Below, in pieces: positions 45,749-56,481 of a stretch of 57,373 nt of DNA. The stretch comes from a virus. Lineage: Duplodnaviria; Caudoviricetes. The position numbers and the translations under genes were made by a program. Under the pieces are notes generated by a model. That model saw nothing but the letters and a program-made list of their open reading frames with translations, made no database searches and was not told the DNA's origin. Numbering within the stretch: position 1 is the first letter of the stretch; every line of letters starts with the position of its first letter. Location of the stretch: IMG/VR virus record IMGVR_UViG_3300025835_000003, positions 1-57,373 of that record. The stretch is one strand, 5' to 3'.

Positions 45749-48700
45749 ATGGCAGCCATCGGCCAGCAGGCCCAGGCCCGTTCTATAAGTAGTTTGCCAC
45801 CAAGTATACGGCGGTTAGTGGAACTCGGGCTTCTCTCCGAAGAAGAAGCTTTCGAGCAATTCCCCGAAGGATCCACAGCAAGCGCAACCACTCAAGTGGA
45901 AGGAGATACCATATCTACTCCTTCTGAAAGTAGCGAGGAATCCCCTGCTTTAAGCAGACTACGTAGTCTTGGACTTATCGGAGAGGATGAGTTCAGGGAT
46001 TCTGCTGAATCTTCCATAGCAACCGCACAGCAGGAAACCCCAACGGAAGACAAGGGGCAACAACGGGGGATCGTGGGTAATGTCATAAACTTTGGGAAAA
46101 GTTTAAAGACTCTTGCTGATACTGCACCCGTCTCACCCACCCAAATCGCCGGCGGCGTTGAAGACTTTGGGAAAGGCGCAGGAAATCTCTTTTTCGGTGG
46201 AGTAGAAAAGGGTATAGGTGGTTCAATCGTAACCGCCGATACACTTAGTACGATAAGAGGGTTGGAAATAACAAAAGAGATAGCAGAAGGCAGGACTCCC
46301 CGAGAGTTTCAGGATGATCCAAACAGTCTAGTTCCTCGAATCACTGAAAAAGATATTGAAATAGCTAAACAGCAACTCGATACACCCATATTTGAAGGGA
46401 ATACACCACGACAAATACTTGAGGATGACGAACTTCTCAATAGATTTATTCTTTCACAAAGAGGAGAAGTGACAGATGTTGCCCAGAACATTCTCGACAG
46501 AGGTATAGCAAGGGAAAAAGAGGTTGGGCGTGTCTTTGAACAGCCAAAAGAAGGTGCATCCTTTCTTGAATCGGCTCCTTTTCTAGCTGAATCAGGATTA
46601 CGTAGCGCTGCTGAATTTGGATTTCCTGCGCTTGTAAGCGCTGCTAATCCTTTATTGGGTACTGCGGCAATTTTTGGAACATCCCTAGGATTGAGACAAG
46701 GCGAAGGACAGTTACAGGAAGACCCCAATCTCGCAAGAACAAGTCGTCGTGCGGCAAGACTTGCTCCTATTGATACAGCATTGGAATTTGCCGGCATTCG
46801 TCCTATTCTCAATGCTGTGAAGGCCACAAGAGGATTGCGGAATGTTCCAGAAAAAGAAATACTGGATGCTTTGCTGGCATCAACTCCTCGCACCACTTTA
46901 AATGCCATTACAGCAGAAGTTCCAACAGAAATTCTGCAAAATGTAGCCGAACAACTTAATGATATATTCATAGATAAAACACAGGAAGGTTTTTCTCCTC
47001 GCCAAGCTCTTGAAGATGGATTTGCGGCGATATTCGGCGGTGGTGTACCGGGTACTGTTGTAGGTGCAGCGACAAGTAGAACAAGACGCAGACAAGCGGA
47101 GAACCTTGTTCAGGCCAGGATTCAGGCGCAACAAGATGTTGTTAAGATTCTTGGATTTCCCGATCCAGATGTTCAGGCTGGAATAGATTTTGATACTGCT
47201 GCAATAGCTGAAGCAAATGATCTATTAGCAAATCGCCAAGAATCCACAACAAATTTGCGTGGAGAATCTCTTCCAATAGATGCGGGGAGACTTGGTACAC
47301 AAGCAAACCAGATATTAGAGGAACGCCAAAGGCGCAGGGCGGAGCAAGGCGGAATACCCGAAGCCCCTTCTTCACCTTTTCCACGGACCGGGGTAGAACA
47401 GCAATTACAAGATGATATTGCCCAGTCACAGGGAGATATAGGAACAACAGCTACTCAAACAAATACTACTGCTACACCCGGCATCCCCCCACAACAGCAA
47501 GGGACTCCATTACAAGGAACTCCTACTGTCAGTGTCCCGCCAGGAGCCGCACAAAATACACAAGCAACGAATACGCAAACTCCTGGTACAGCCGGGAAGG
47601 CGACTGCTGCGCCTACTTTAACAGATCTTCGTAACAAAGCTCAAGAAATAGAATCGGGCGGATTATTTAGTGTGGGAGCAGCTCCCACTGTTGTTACAGC
47701 GCGTGAAGCAACTACAACCCGTCCAGAAGGAGATGCTACTAGAGAGTTTGTTAAGGGACTTTTGAACACACCAGAAGGACGTAAAACCGCTTCTTTGATA
47801 TTGCAAGATAAAGTTCTTGTAGCGGAATCTTCTGGTGTCATCAGAGCACAAGATGTACGTGGTGGAGTTAAGCCCTTGGGAGGCCGCCAAGAAGGAGATA
47901 CATTTCTTGCTCGCGGAGTATTCACCGGCAATAATATCATATTGTTCAGAGACAATGTAACGCCGGGGGAGGCGGCCAGCGTGGTTGCCCATGAGGTTGA
48001 TCACTTCTTCAATGCGGCGGCAGATAATGGTGCCGCCACACCTCGTGGATTGCGCGGACTAGTCGGTAAAGAAGCCAACGATAGAGCAATTGAATCAATA
48101 CGAAAGCTGGCAAGTGAAGGCAGCCAGGTTGCGCAGAATATATTGGATATTGCAGATAATAATTCTAAATTGACAGGAACTCCTGTCGTTGATGAGATTG
48201 TGCCTATAGCTATAGAAGAAATAACAAAAGAAAGAGCAAAAGGAACCGCACTAGGAAGACTCGGATCGATACCGAGCAATATAGTAGCATCCGCAAAGAA
48301 CACGCTCAGAGGATTTGGAATAGACCTTGGATTTACAGAAGCCGATCTGTCCAATCTGTCTGATAGGTTGACTTCAGAGTTTTCAAAGATAGACAACCGT
48401 AACATGCTAGACGGATCTATACCACAGGCTTCTTCTGGTAAGAAAGCATTATTTACATTGGTTGGGGAAAGCTTCAATGGTTTTGAAAGTTTCAGACAAC
48501 AGAAACTTACCTTTACTGGACCAGATGGGAAGGCACGTGCTGAGTTAGATACGAAGGGAGCAAAGACCTTCCCGGGTATTGTTGAAGATGCAAATCGACG
48601 CGGATTGGGTGTCGATACTTCTGTTATGAGTTTGGGGGATAGACTTACTTTCCAGAATGCGGCAAGAGGAAATCTTGGCAAGGCAACTATTCTAGGAGAT

Positions 48701-51700
48701 GTTCTCAATTTCCCTACTCTTTTCTCTGGATATCAGGAGTTCAGAAATACTCCAGTAATCTTTACCAAACTTGGAAAGAATCGTGATGGTAAGTCCCGTG
48801 TAGGAGCATTCTCTCCATCGAAGGGTGCTATATTTATCGATCCCACTCAAGTCAATGATAGCAACTTGGTAGATGCTGTACTACATGAGGTTCAACATTT
48901 GACACAGCACCGTGAGGGATTTACTCCCGGGGCTTCCATAAATCGATTTCTCAGTCCAAAGGATGTTGCAAGAATAACATCCATAAATGAAGAATTGCAA
49001 ACAGCTATAACCGGATTCATACAACAGCAAAATAATGCAGGAGAAGAAGCTGTCAGGCAATTAAAAGATACTCTAATAGAAAGGTTTGGCATCCTTCCGG
49101 AGTTTGATAGAATATCTGGTGATTCAATAAAACAACTTTCCAATATCATATCACATTCCAACACTGCTGGAGAAACGCAGGCACAAGCATCTGCTTCATT
49201 AGTAAATAATTCTCTTGAGCAAACACCTCTCGGTAAGGAATTGGTTAGGTTGGCGAAACTTGAATCTGAAAGAAATGGGTTGTTTAATACAGCCTATGAG
49301 CAATATCTTGCTGTTCTTGGTGAAGCTGAATCTAATCAGGTTACTGAAAGAGCAAAGCGCCGCCGAGAAGGAGAAGACATTCCTCTGGCACGTTCTACAG
49401 AAGAATTCTTTGAGGGTTCAGGAGTCAATGTACAGGATTTGACGGACGCCCAAGGAAATAGACTTACTGAACAAGGAAGACAACAACAAACAACAGAACA
49501 GCAGGAAGAAAGGCAACCGCCTTCGCGTGTAAAACAAGATGAGAACCAGACAGCGGATTCTTCTACAAGAGAAACGCCTAAGACATCTCGCACGCAAGAA
49601 GGACCTCAAGGACTTGGTAGGACACAGAATAGTAATACTCGTTTTTCTGCCACATCTGCACAAGCCAGCCAGACAGCCGAAGGAACTGCAAGTGCCGTTC
49701 AGGGCGGACGGGTAGTTCCCGATCTTCGCCATCCAGACAATGGCAACTTCTTCAAAGGATTTCTACAGGTTCCTCCTGGTGTGGGCAAAGGGCCTCTTTC
49801 CAGAAAACTCACTGATGTTGTAAGATTATTCCTACCCAATAAAGGATTACCAACACGTATAGTGGAAGCGGCTGAGCAGCTTCAAGGGGAGGCTGCTGCT
49901 GCACAATTGGATGCCTTGACCAAGATCAATGCGTTTAATGAGGTAGTATCGCAAGAGGCTGAACAACTTGGTGTGAGCTCTGAAACTATTCTTAATGAAA
50001 TACAAAAGATAGAAGAGGCGGTTGCTTCCAAACAAGGAAATGCCCGCAGGGAAGTACGCCGTATCGAGTTTGAAAGATTCAAGAATAAGTTTCCGGAATC
50101 AGCAAAAGGTTTAACTGCACTACGCCGAACTATCTTCAAGAATAGTCTTGCGATAGGAGAAGGCATGCTTAACTCAGGGCGTATATTGACCCAAGAAGAA
50201 TTGAAGATTGTGACTTCCATCCATGAAAATCTGGGTGAATTTCTTACTCGTTCCTTTAAACTATTTCAAGGTTCTAAAAGCAGAACTGCGCAATTGAAAT
50301 TCTTGAGAAAGACTCCTGAAGGACGCAAAATAGTCAAGAACACAGAGAGTTTCATACTTGAACATGATATTCTTATACCTCCCTTTGATAAATTAACAAG
50401 TCTACCGAAAGAGAAATTGATATCTCTTTATGATATTTGGGTAGATAATAAAGGTAACAATCCTGCTAACCTTTCAAGGGAACAATTGATTGGAGATATC
50501 GATGCATCTCGTGGTAATCAAACAGATGGTATTGCCCAGAAAGAAGCAAAGCGTGTTGTTGAAGAACTGCTCAAGGCAAGGACCAGCACACTCCAGATAG
50601 CTGGCAAGATAGCTTCTTTCTATAAAAAAGGACAAGTCGATCAGACTATTGCTACAGCCCGGACAGGTGTTCCGAAGGAAATACGTGCATTGTTTGGGGA
50701 AATTCAACAGCCTGTTGCGAACATTTTTCAGACACTTGTGCGTCAAGGAAACTTCATAGCAAAGACAGAAACACTTTCCTCTATTGGTAAGGAACTTAGG
50801 GGAGAGTTTCTATTTGAGAAGCAAGCCGACCTTCCACCAGGAGTGGTTGCACAGCAATTGACAGGCGCTGAATGGGGGCCTTTGCAGAATCTGTGGACTT
50901 CACAAGATATAAAAGAAGTTCTTTCCACCGTGAAAACCTTACAGGTTACATTTAATGATGTATATGAGGGCCTAATGAGCGGGCGGCAAGAAGGTATTCT
51001 TCCTACTGTTCAGGCAACTATGAACACCGCCGCATGGTTAGGGAGAGGACTAAAATTTGCCAATGTCGTACTTGATCCAGCGGCGATAATGTATAATTTT
51101 ATGGGAAGTCCTATTCAAATGATAGCCAATGGAAATTTCCTATTCGAGAATGCAGGGCAGTCTATGAAGGAAGTTTTCCTTGACTTGAATGGTGCGGCTT
51201 TTAAGAACATCGCACCTGAACAAATACTAGAATTGGTCAGACTTAAACTTGTGGACAACTCTATCACCGGAGAGATAGCACTTGCAGAAATGGATCAGAT
51301 TCTTGAATTAACAGGTGTAGGCGCTAAACTAGGTGGGTGGACGGAGGTAAAATCTCGATGGACAGATTTTTTTTCCGCAGCCGATCTTTATGCAAAAATT
51401 GCCAATTTCAAGCGAGAGGAACGTGTTCTAACAGAAATCTTTGAAAAGGCAGGCGAGACAAAATCCGCAGAAGAAATAAAGCAGATAGCGGCGGCAAGAA
51501 TACGTCGTACAAACTTTACATTTGATAGAGCTTTTCGTGTTACAAAGACTCTTGAGAAAGCGGGAGTCACTAACTATTTCACCTATATGGGAGAAGCCCT
51601 AAGGACTGTTGCTGGAAATTATATGGTAGGTATTCAGGATATCGCCGCATCAAATAAGATAAAGAATCCTGAAACACGGGCTGCTTTGCGCAACCACGGT

Positions 51701-52861
51701 ATTCGACGAACAATAGGAGCGGTAATGGCTTCCTTAGGCCATACCACGGTATTAGGATTATATGCGTCTGGTTTGCAGGTTGCTTTTGGACTTATCGGCA
51801 GAGGTATTTCTGCCATTACGGGCTTTGGAGAAGATGATGATGAGGATAAATTCGATATCATACAAAAGGGATTGGCTTTAAGTGAGCAAACTAAATTCCT
51901 GGTGCCTTTCTCGAAAGAAGGCACAACAACAAAGTTTTTTGATGCTTCTCGTGTAGATCCTTTTGGACCTGGCAATGATATATTGAGAGCAATTTTTGAA
52001 AACGACACTGAAAAACTTGCTGATACTGTTCAAGGGTTATTCATTTGGAATATGGGAGTAGAACGCCTGGTTGAAGCTGTTTCTGGGATTACATCAGAGA
52101 GAACACGTCCAGCTAATACCAGTTTCGGATTCCGGTATCCAGATGCAGAAGCATTGTTGGTCGAGGTGGCACAAGAACGGTTTGGGATTGAACCCGCAAC
52201 AGCTACCCGGCTAATAAAGGGAGCTGAATCTATTGTTCCTGCATTCGCTAAATCAATAATAGGAACATTGATAGCCAAAGACAGAACTCCAGAACAGGCT
52301 TTTGAATCATTGGGAGATCCAGAAACATTGCTCAGAGCATTTGGAATGAGAACGATAGATTTTTCTCCAGAGGAAGATGTTCCAAAAGTATTACGCTTTG
52401 AATACCTTGATAGGATATCTGATTCACGTTCTCGATTGATCGAAGGAATCCGAGGAGCTTCAGATCCAAGCGAGGAGACGATAACATCATTAGTCGTCAG
52501 TGGTATACGTAATGAATTTGAAGGATATACAAAAGCAAGGGATGTTATAGCCGCCGCCAAAGCATCCGGTGTGCCTTCGAGAACATTGTTCAACCTGGTC
52601 AAACGGGTGGCCGGAGCAAACGAAAGACAGATAGAGGTTCTTGCTTCTGGGCAATTTGATCAGACATTCATTTCGGTTGATTCCTTGAGAAACGCCATGA
52701 GGACAGATCTTTTGAAGGCAGCGGCAGAAAATATAGACGACCCTGACAAGGCCAAACTAGAGCAAACCAAAATTAGAACAAAATATGGAATAGCTATATC
52801 GAGAATCCGCAGTGCTTTATCAACGGATATAGGTATAAACTTTGATGACACCGATTCATAA
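45749..52861 (+). CDS. Large ejection/polyvalent protein with LPD23-like and two zincin-like metallopeptidase motifs
   Basis: AHEVDH; FTGPDGKARAELD...LGDVL; LHEVQHLTQHREGF...GEAE. Confidence 0.75.
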   Translation: MAAIGQQAQARSISSLPPSIRRLVELGLLSEEEAFEQFPEGSTASATTQVEGDTISTPSESSEESPALSRLRSLGLIGEDEFRDSAESSIATAQQETPTEDKGQQRGIVGNVINFGKSLKTLADTAPVSPTQIAGGVEDFGKGAGNLFFGGVEKGIGGSIVTADTLSTIRGLEITKEIAEGRTPREFQDDPNSLVPRITEKDIEIAKQQLDTPIFEGNTPRQILEDDELLNRFILSQRGEVTDVAQNILDRGIAREKEVGRVFEQPKEGASFLESAPFLAESGLRSAAEFGFPALVSAANPLLGTAAIFGTSLGLRQGEGQLQEDPNLARTSRRAARLAPIDTALEFAGIRPILNAVKATRGLRNVPEKEILDALLASTPRTTLNAITAEVPTEILQNVAEQLNDIFIDKTQEGFSPRQALEDGFAAIFGGGVPGTVVGAATSRTRRRQAENLVQARIQAQQDVVKILGFPDPDVQAGIDFDTAAIAEANDLLANRQESTTNLRGESLPIDAGRLGTQANQILEERQRRRAEQGGIPEAPSSPFPRTGVEQQLQDDIAQSQGDIGTTATQTNTTATPGIPPQQQGTPLQGTPTVSVPPGAAQNTQATNTQTPGTAGKATAAPTLTDLRNKAQEIESGGLFSVGAAPTVVTAREATTTRPEGDATREFVKGLLNTPEGRKTASLILQDKVLVAESSGVIRAQDVRGGVKPLGGRQEGDTFLARGVFTGNNIILFRDNVTPGEAASVVAHEVDHFFNAAADNGAATPRGLRGLVGKEANDRAIESIRKLASEGSQVAQNILDIADNNSKLTGTPVVDEIVPIAIEEITKERAKGTALGRLGSIPSNIVASAKNTLRGFGIDLGFTEADLSNLSDRLTSEFSKIDNRNMLDGSIPQASSGKKALFTLVGESFNGFESFRQQKLTFTGPDGKARAELDTKGAKTFPGIVEDANRRGLGVDTSVMSLGDRLTFQNAARGNLGKATILGDVLNFPTLFSGYQEFRNTPVIFTKLGKNRDGKSRVGAFSPSKGAIFIDPTQVNDSNLVDAVLHEVQHLTQHREGFTPGASINRFLSPKDVARITSINEELQTAITGFIQQQNNAGEEAVRQLKDTLIERFGILPEFDRISGDSIKQLSNIISHSNTAGETQAQASASLVNNSLEQTPLGKELVRLAKLESERNGLFNTAYEQYLAVLGEAESNQVTERAKRRREGEDIPLARSTEEFFEGSGVNVQDLTDAQGNRLTEQGRQQQTTEQQEERQPPSRVKQDENQTADSSTRETPKTSRTQEGPQGLGRTQNSNTRFSATSAQASQTAEGTASAVQGGRVVPDLRHPDNGNFFKGFLQVPPGVGKGPLSRKLTDVVRLFLPNKGLPTRIVEAAEQLQGEAAAAQLDALTKINAFNEVVSQEAEQLGVSSETILNEIQKIEEAVASKQGNARREVRRIEFERFKNKFPESAKGLTALRRTIFKNSLAIGEGMLNSGRILTQEELKIVTSIHENLGEFLTRSFKLFQGSKSRTAQLKFLRKTPEGRKIVKNTESFILEHDILIPPFDKLTSLPKEKLISLYDIWVDNKGNNPANLSREQLIGDIDASRGNQTDGIAQKEAKRVVEELLKARTSTLQIAGKIASFYKKGQVDQTIATARTGVPKEIRALFGEIQQPVANIFQTLVRQGNFIAKTETLSSIGKELRGEFLFEKQADLPPGVVAQQLTGAEWGPLQNLWTSQDIKEVLSTVKTLQVTFNDVYEGLMSGRQEGILPTVQATMNTAAWLGRGLKFANVVLDPAAIMYNFMGSPIQMIANGNFLFENAGQSMKEVFLDLNGAAFKNIAPEQILELVRLKLVDNSITGEIALAEMDQILELTGVGAKLGGWTEVKSRWTDFFSAADLYAKIANFKREERVLTEIFEKAGETKSAEEIKQIAAARIRRTNFTFDRAFRVTKTLEKAGVTNYFTYMGEALRTVAGNYMVGIQDIAASNKIKNPETRAALRNHGIRRTIGAVMASLGHTTVLGLYASGLQVAFGLIGRGISAITGFGEDDDEDKFDIIQKGLALSEQTKFLVPFSKEGTTTKFFDASRVDPFGPGNDILRAIFENDTEKLADTVQGLFIWNMGVERLVEAVSGITSERTRPANTSFGFRYPDAEALLVEVAQERFGIEPATATRLIKGAESIVPAFAKSIIGTLIAKDRTPEQAFESLGDPETLLRAFGMRTIDFSPEEDVPKVLRFEYLDRISDSRSRLIEGIRGASDPSEETITSLVVSGIRNEFEGYTKARDVIAAAKASGVPSRTLFNLVKRVAGANERQIEVLASGQFDQTFISVDSLRNAMRTDLLKAAAENIDDPDKAKLEQTKIRTKYGIAISRIRSALSTDIGINFDDTDS

Positions 52862-52881
52862 TCACTTGGAGATATAAGACA

Positions 52882-53682
52882 ATGGCTAATGAAGGTGTTT
52901 TTACTACACAAAACAATCCATTTGCACAGAGTGTTTTACAGCAGAACGCCCCTAATCCCGGTGGCGGAAATCCAAATACAGCATTTAATCTGCCAATATC
53001 TACCTTAGCACAGAATCTTGGTACAGGAGGATTGGGATTGCCACGATTTCAAGCACCCGGTAGTGGTGGGCCAGAAACATCGACAGTATTCGGAGTACCT
53101 TCGACGCCAACATCCAATCAGCGGGGAGTATTGCCACCAGCGCAGCTTCCAACAGCAGCAAGTTTTCGGGAAAGATTGCGCAGTCTGTTTGGTAATTCAA
53201 TTCCTCAAGGATCCCCTCCTGTAACATTCTCTCAAACGGGGCAGCAAGGGCAAGGAGGTACTGGAGCGCTCACTGATGCACAACGACGAGGTTTCAGACC
53301 TCTTACTGAAGAGGAACGCATAAGGCAAGGAAGTGGAGAGCTTGGTCCTCCAACATTTACCCAAAACCCTGGCCTTATAGGAGGGGGGAATAAGAATCCG
53401 CCGGCAATAAATCTGCCACCGCAGCCACCGAATACCTTTGGGGAACTTAGTCCTGCGCAACCCTTGAATCCCAGCAATCCTTTATCTTTTTTGCCACAAT
53501 TCCAAGCGCCGGCGTCTGCGCCTTCTGTACTTAATCGCTTTGATCCAGCAAGCGGCGGAACCTTTGTTAATAATCTACAACTACCTTTCATTCAGAGTCT
53601 GCTTGGTGGACAGGGTATATCCCCCTTCTTTAACGCGCAAACACAACCATTATTCTTACCACGGCCACCAGCGACACGATAA
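52882..53682 (+). CDS. Low-complexity Pro/Gln/Gly/Asn/Phe-rich protein
   Basis: GGAG RBS; fills the gap after the giant gene. Confidence 0.65.
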   Translation: MANEGVFTTQNNPFAQSVLQQNAPNPGGGNPNTAFNLPISTLAQNLGTGGLGLPRFQAPGSGGPETSTVFGVPSTPTSNQRGVLPPAQLPTAASFRERLRSLFGNSIPQGSPPVTFSQTGQQGQGGTGALTDAQRRGFRPLTEEERIRQGSGELGPPTFTQNPGLIGGGNKNPPAINLPPQPPNTFGELSPAQPLNPSNPLSFLPQFQAPASAPSVLNRFDPASGGTFVNNLQLPFIQSLLGGQGISPFFNAQTQPLFLPRPPATR

Positions 53683-53779
53683 GAAATATGAATATAACCT
53701 GTACAGGAGAACATCTGCATTGAAACTAAATGTGCCTATAGGTGTCAAACTCCATACACATTACAGGAGACCAACCAAG

Positions 53780-54088
53780 ATGATTAAATATATTACTACT
53801 ACTGTGAAAGCATTTCTTTTTGCTCTGGTTCTGCTTCTTATCCCGGCGACAGGATTAGGCTATACCGGTGATAATGATAATGACGGATATAATAATGGGC
53901 GCTATTCGAGAAACTGTGAGTATTCATATTCCAGACATTGCAATGATCGGAGGCGTTATGATCGTTACTACTACTATAACAATAATATCCGCTGCGAGCA
54001 TTCGCATGGAACCCGTAATTACTATGGAGATGTAAGGTATGGATATGGAAGCCATCGCCGGCACACTCATTATGGATATGGATGCTAA
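53780..54088 (+). CDS. Secreted Tyr/Arg/His/Gly-rich small protein
   Basis: AGGAG RBS; signal peptide MIKYITTTVKAFLFALVLLLIPATGLG. Confidence 0.7.
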   Translation: MIKYITTTVKAFLFALVLLLIPATGLGYTGDNDNDGYNNGRYSRNCEYSYSRHCNDRRRYDRYYYYNNNIRCEHSHGTRNYYGDVRYGYGSHRRHTHYGYGC

Positions 54089-54092
54089 ATAA

Positions 54093-55520
54093 ATGGGATT
54101 TCGCGTATTAAAGGCTAATAATCCCGACGTTGAGCGGGAACACTTGAACAAGATACTCTCCAAAATAGAGGAGAGTTTGTCCAGTTTAGCCTTGCAACAA
54201 GCCATTACCTTTTCCCCCACGCCTTCCTCTGATACGGGTGGAGGAGGATCTGGCGCAACATGGGGTTCGATTACGGGTGTATTGTCCTCTCAAACAGATT
54301 TACAATCTGCACTCGATGGTAAAGCTCCTACCGTTCACCAACACGCACCTAGTGACTTTACTGGATTTGGCGCAGATGGAGGTTACCTGCGCAGTAGTGG
54401 CACAGCATGGCTTCGCACTCAAGGCGTAGCATGGAATGATTTAACCGGTGTTCCAGCTACATTTCCTCCAAACGCACATACGCATAGTGCAAGTGAAATA
54501 GTGTCTGGTACTTTCCTGCTTGCACGTATTCCCGGCTTACCGGCTGTCCAGACCACAAGCGGTGTGTTCTCTACTGCCAGATTAGGCACGGGCACACCAA
54601 GCAGCGCTGTATGGCTGCGAGGTGATGGAGCTTGGGCGGCTTTGCCCGCCCCACCTGCACCAGTATGGGGAACAATCACAGGTACACTAGCAAGCCAGAC
54701 AGATTTACAATCTGCACTCGATGGTAAAGCTCCTACCGTTCACCAACACGCACCTAGTGACTTTACTGGATTTGGCGCAGATGGAGGTTACCTGCGCAGT
54801 AGTGGCACAGCATGGCTTCGCACTCAAGGCGTAGCATGGAATGATTTAACCGGTGTTCCAGCTACATTTCCTCCAAACGCACATACGCATAGTGCAAGTG
54901 AAATAGTGTCTGGTACTTTCCTGCTTGCACGTATTCCCGGCTTACCGGCTGTCCAGACCACAAGCGGTGTGTTCTCTACTGCCAGATTAGGCACGGGCAC
55001 ACCAAGCAGCGCTGTATGGCTGCGAGGTGATGGAGCTTGGGCGGCTTTGCCCGCCCCACCTGCACCAGTATGGGGAACAATCACAGGTACACTAGCAACC
55101 CAGACAGATTTACAAACAGCTTTAAATGGAAAAGCACCTGTAGCACATACACATCCATTGGCAAATCTTCAACAATCTGGTGCGACTACTGGGCAAGTGC
55201 CAACATGGAATGGAAGCGCCTGGGCGCCAGCCACCGTGTCTGGAGGAGGGGGTGTAACATGGAGTACCACCACCGTAAATAGCAATCTATCTCCTGGTTT
55301 GGCTGTCATTGCCAATAGTGCCACAACGCTAAACCTGACATTGCCTATTACTATTACAACAGGAGATGAGTTTATTGCTCACGCCAGACAAGCCAGCCAT
55401 CGCGTAGTCAGCAATGGGAATACTATTGATGCAGTGGGTTCCGGCAATGACCTCCTTGTTGAAGATGGTAACACAGCGCACTTGGTAGCTTATGCTAACG
55501 GATTATTGAGGATTGTATAA
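54093..55520 (+). CDS. Tail fibre protein
   Basis: WGSITG.L..QTDLQSAL, WNDLTGVPATFPP.AHTH and ARLGTGT...WLRGDG fibre repeats. Confidence 0.85.
   Translation: MGFRVLKANNPDVEREHLNKILSKIEESLSSLALQQAITFSPTPSSDTGGGGSGATWGSITGVLSSQTDLQSALDGKAPTVHQHAPSDFTGFGADGGYLRSSGTAWLRTQGVAWNDLTGVPATFPPNAHTHSASEIVSGTFLLARIPGLPAVQTTSGVFSTARLGTGTPSSAVWLRGDGAWAALPAPPAPVWGTITGTLASQTDLQSALDGKAPTVHQHAPSDFTGFGADGGYLRSSGTAWLRTQGVAWNDLTGVPATFPPNAHTHSASEIVSGTFLLARIPGLPAVQTTSGVFSTARLGTGTPSSAVWLRGDGAWAALPAPPAPVWGTITGTLATQTDLQTALNGKAPVAHTHPLANLQQSGATTGQVPTWNGSAWAPATVSGGGGVTWSTTTVNSNLSPGLAVIANSATTLNLTLPITITTGDEFIAHARQASHRVVSNGNTIDAVGSGNDLLVEDGNTAHLVAYANGLLRIV
54294..55115 (+). repeat. 405-bp tandem duplication inside the fibre gene
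   Basis: Units start at 54294 and 54699; one mismatch seen (G54694/C55099). Confidence 0.92.
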
Positions 55521-55987
55521 TGGCTGATGTGACACTGAGTTCGATCATAGGAAATGGCGGTGAAAAGACTCCGGCTAGTGTAAATGGTTTAGTTGGTAAT
55601 GGAGCCTTTTCTGCAATTATTGGTGATTCGCTAAGAGGCGCCGCATTTAAGGAATCATTAAGTGGTGCGTTAACAGCCAATACATATAAAAATGTTTTAT
55701 CCATAGCAGTTCCTGGTCGTTTGCTTATAGCTGCCGCTTATCGAAGAGATACAATATCTCGACAAGTAGGACTCAAAATTACTTTGGACGGTGTTATATT
55801 TTATGATGTATTTGATAAAGCTAATTCCAGCATCGATCGAGGCCCTTTAGGAGCTGGAATCATTTTACAATCTTCGTCTATTCATACACATAATTATCCA
55901 TTCAAAACTATGAGTGTAGATATCAAAAGCTCTTTAACGGAGACGGATAAAATAGCCTATATCATTGTATATACTTTGGATCAATAA
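55520..55987 (+). CDS. Fibre-associated (possible receptor-binding tip) protein
   Basis: LKITLDG beta-sandwich pattern; coupled to the fibre stop. Confidence 0.6.
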   Translation: MADVTLSSIIGNGGEKTPASVNGLVGNGAFSAIIGDSLRGAAFKESLSGALTANTYKNVLSIAVPGRLLIAAAYRRDTISRQVGLKITLDGVIFYDVFDKANSSIDRGPLGAGIILQSSSIHTHNYPFKTMSVDIKSSLTETDKIAYIIVYTLDQ

Positions 55988-55988
55988 A

Positions 55989-56306
55989 ATGGCTGAACGT
56001 TATGAAGACATTATTCATCAAGGGCGTATAATCGGACGCAAACTTGTTGTCGATCCTGTTCCTGAAACTCCGCCGACTACTATTGATCGAGATGATTTCA
56101 TTGAACGGTTTACACCAGATGAGTGGGTACTTGGGCAAAGAGCAGCGCAGGTTGACCCTATTCTTGCGCAAGCTCTTACACTATTGATGGCAAAGTCGGA
56201 TGGGAAAGTAAACTTAGCTTCACCAAGAATGCCTCCCGTATTTGAAAAGATGGTAACACTTGGTGTTTTAACACAAGAAAGATCACGGCAAATTCTTACA
56301 CCTTAA
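55989..56306 (+). CDS. Putative tail-fibre assembly protein
   Basis: FIERFTPDEW...VNL...LGVLTQER..QIL pattern. Confidence 0.65.
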   Translation: MAERYEDIIHQGRIIGRKLVVDPVPETPPTTIDRDDFIERFTPDEWVLGQRAAQVDPILAQALTLLMAKSDGKVNLASPRMPPVFEKMVTLGVLTQERSRQILTP

Positions 56307-56323
56307 CAAGGAGAGTAATCACC

Positions 56324-56470
56324 ATGACAACAGCAATCAGCATTCTAATCGTTGTACTTGTAGGCGTAGTAGTTTTTTTCATCTGGCGTAGCAATACCAA
56401 TAAGAAGGTTGTACCGGGGGCACAGCCACCTATGCCACCTTCTCCAGAACCGCCCACTGAACAGAAATAA
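56324..56470 (+). CDS. Small single-TM protein with Pro-rich tail (48 aa; absent from the ORF track)
   Basis: AAGGAG RBS; MTTAISILIVVLVGVVVFFIWRS...PPMPPSPEPP. Confidence 0.7.
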   Translation: MTTAISILIVVLVGVVVFFIWRSNTNKKVVPGAQPPMPPSPEPPTEQK

Positions 56471-56481
56471 GGGAAACCATT

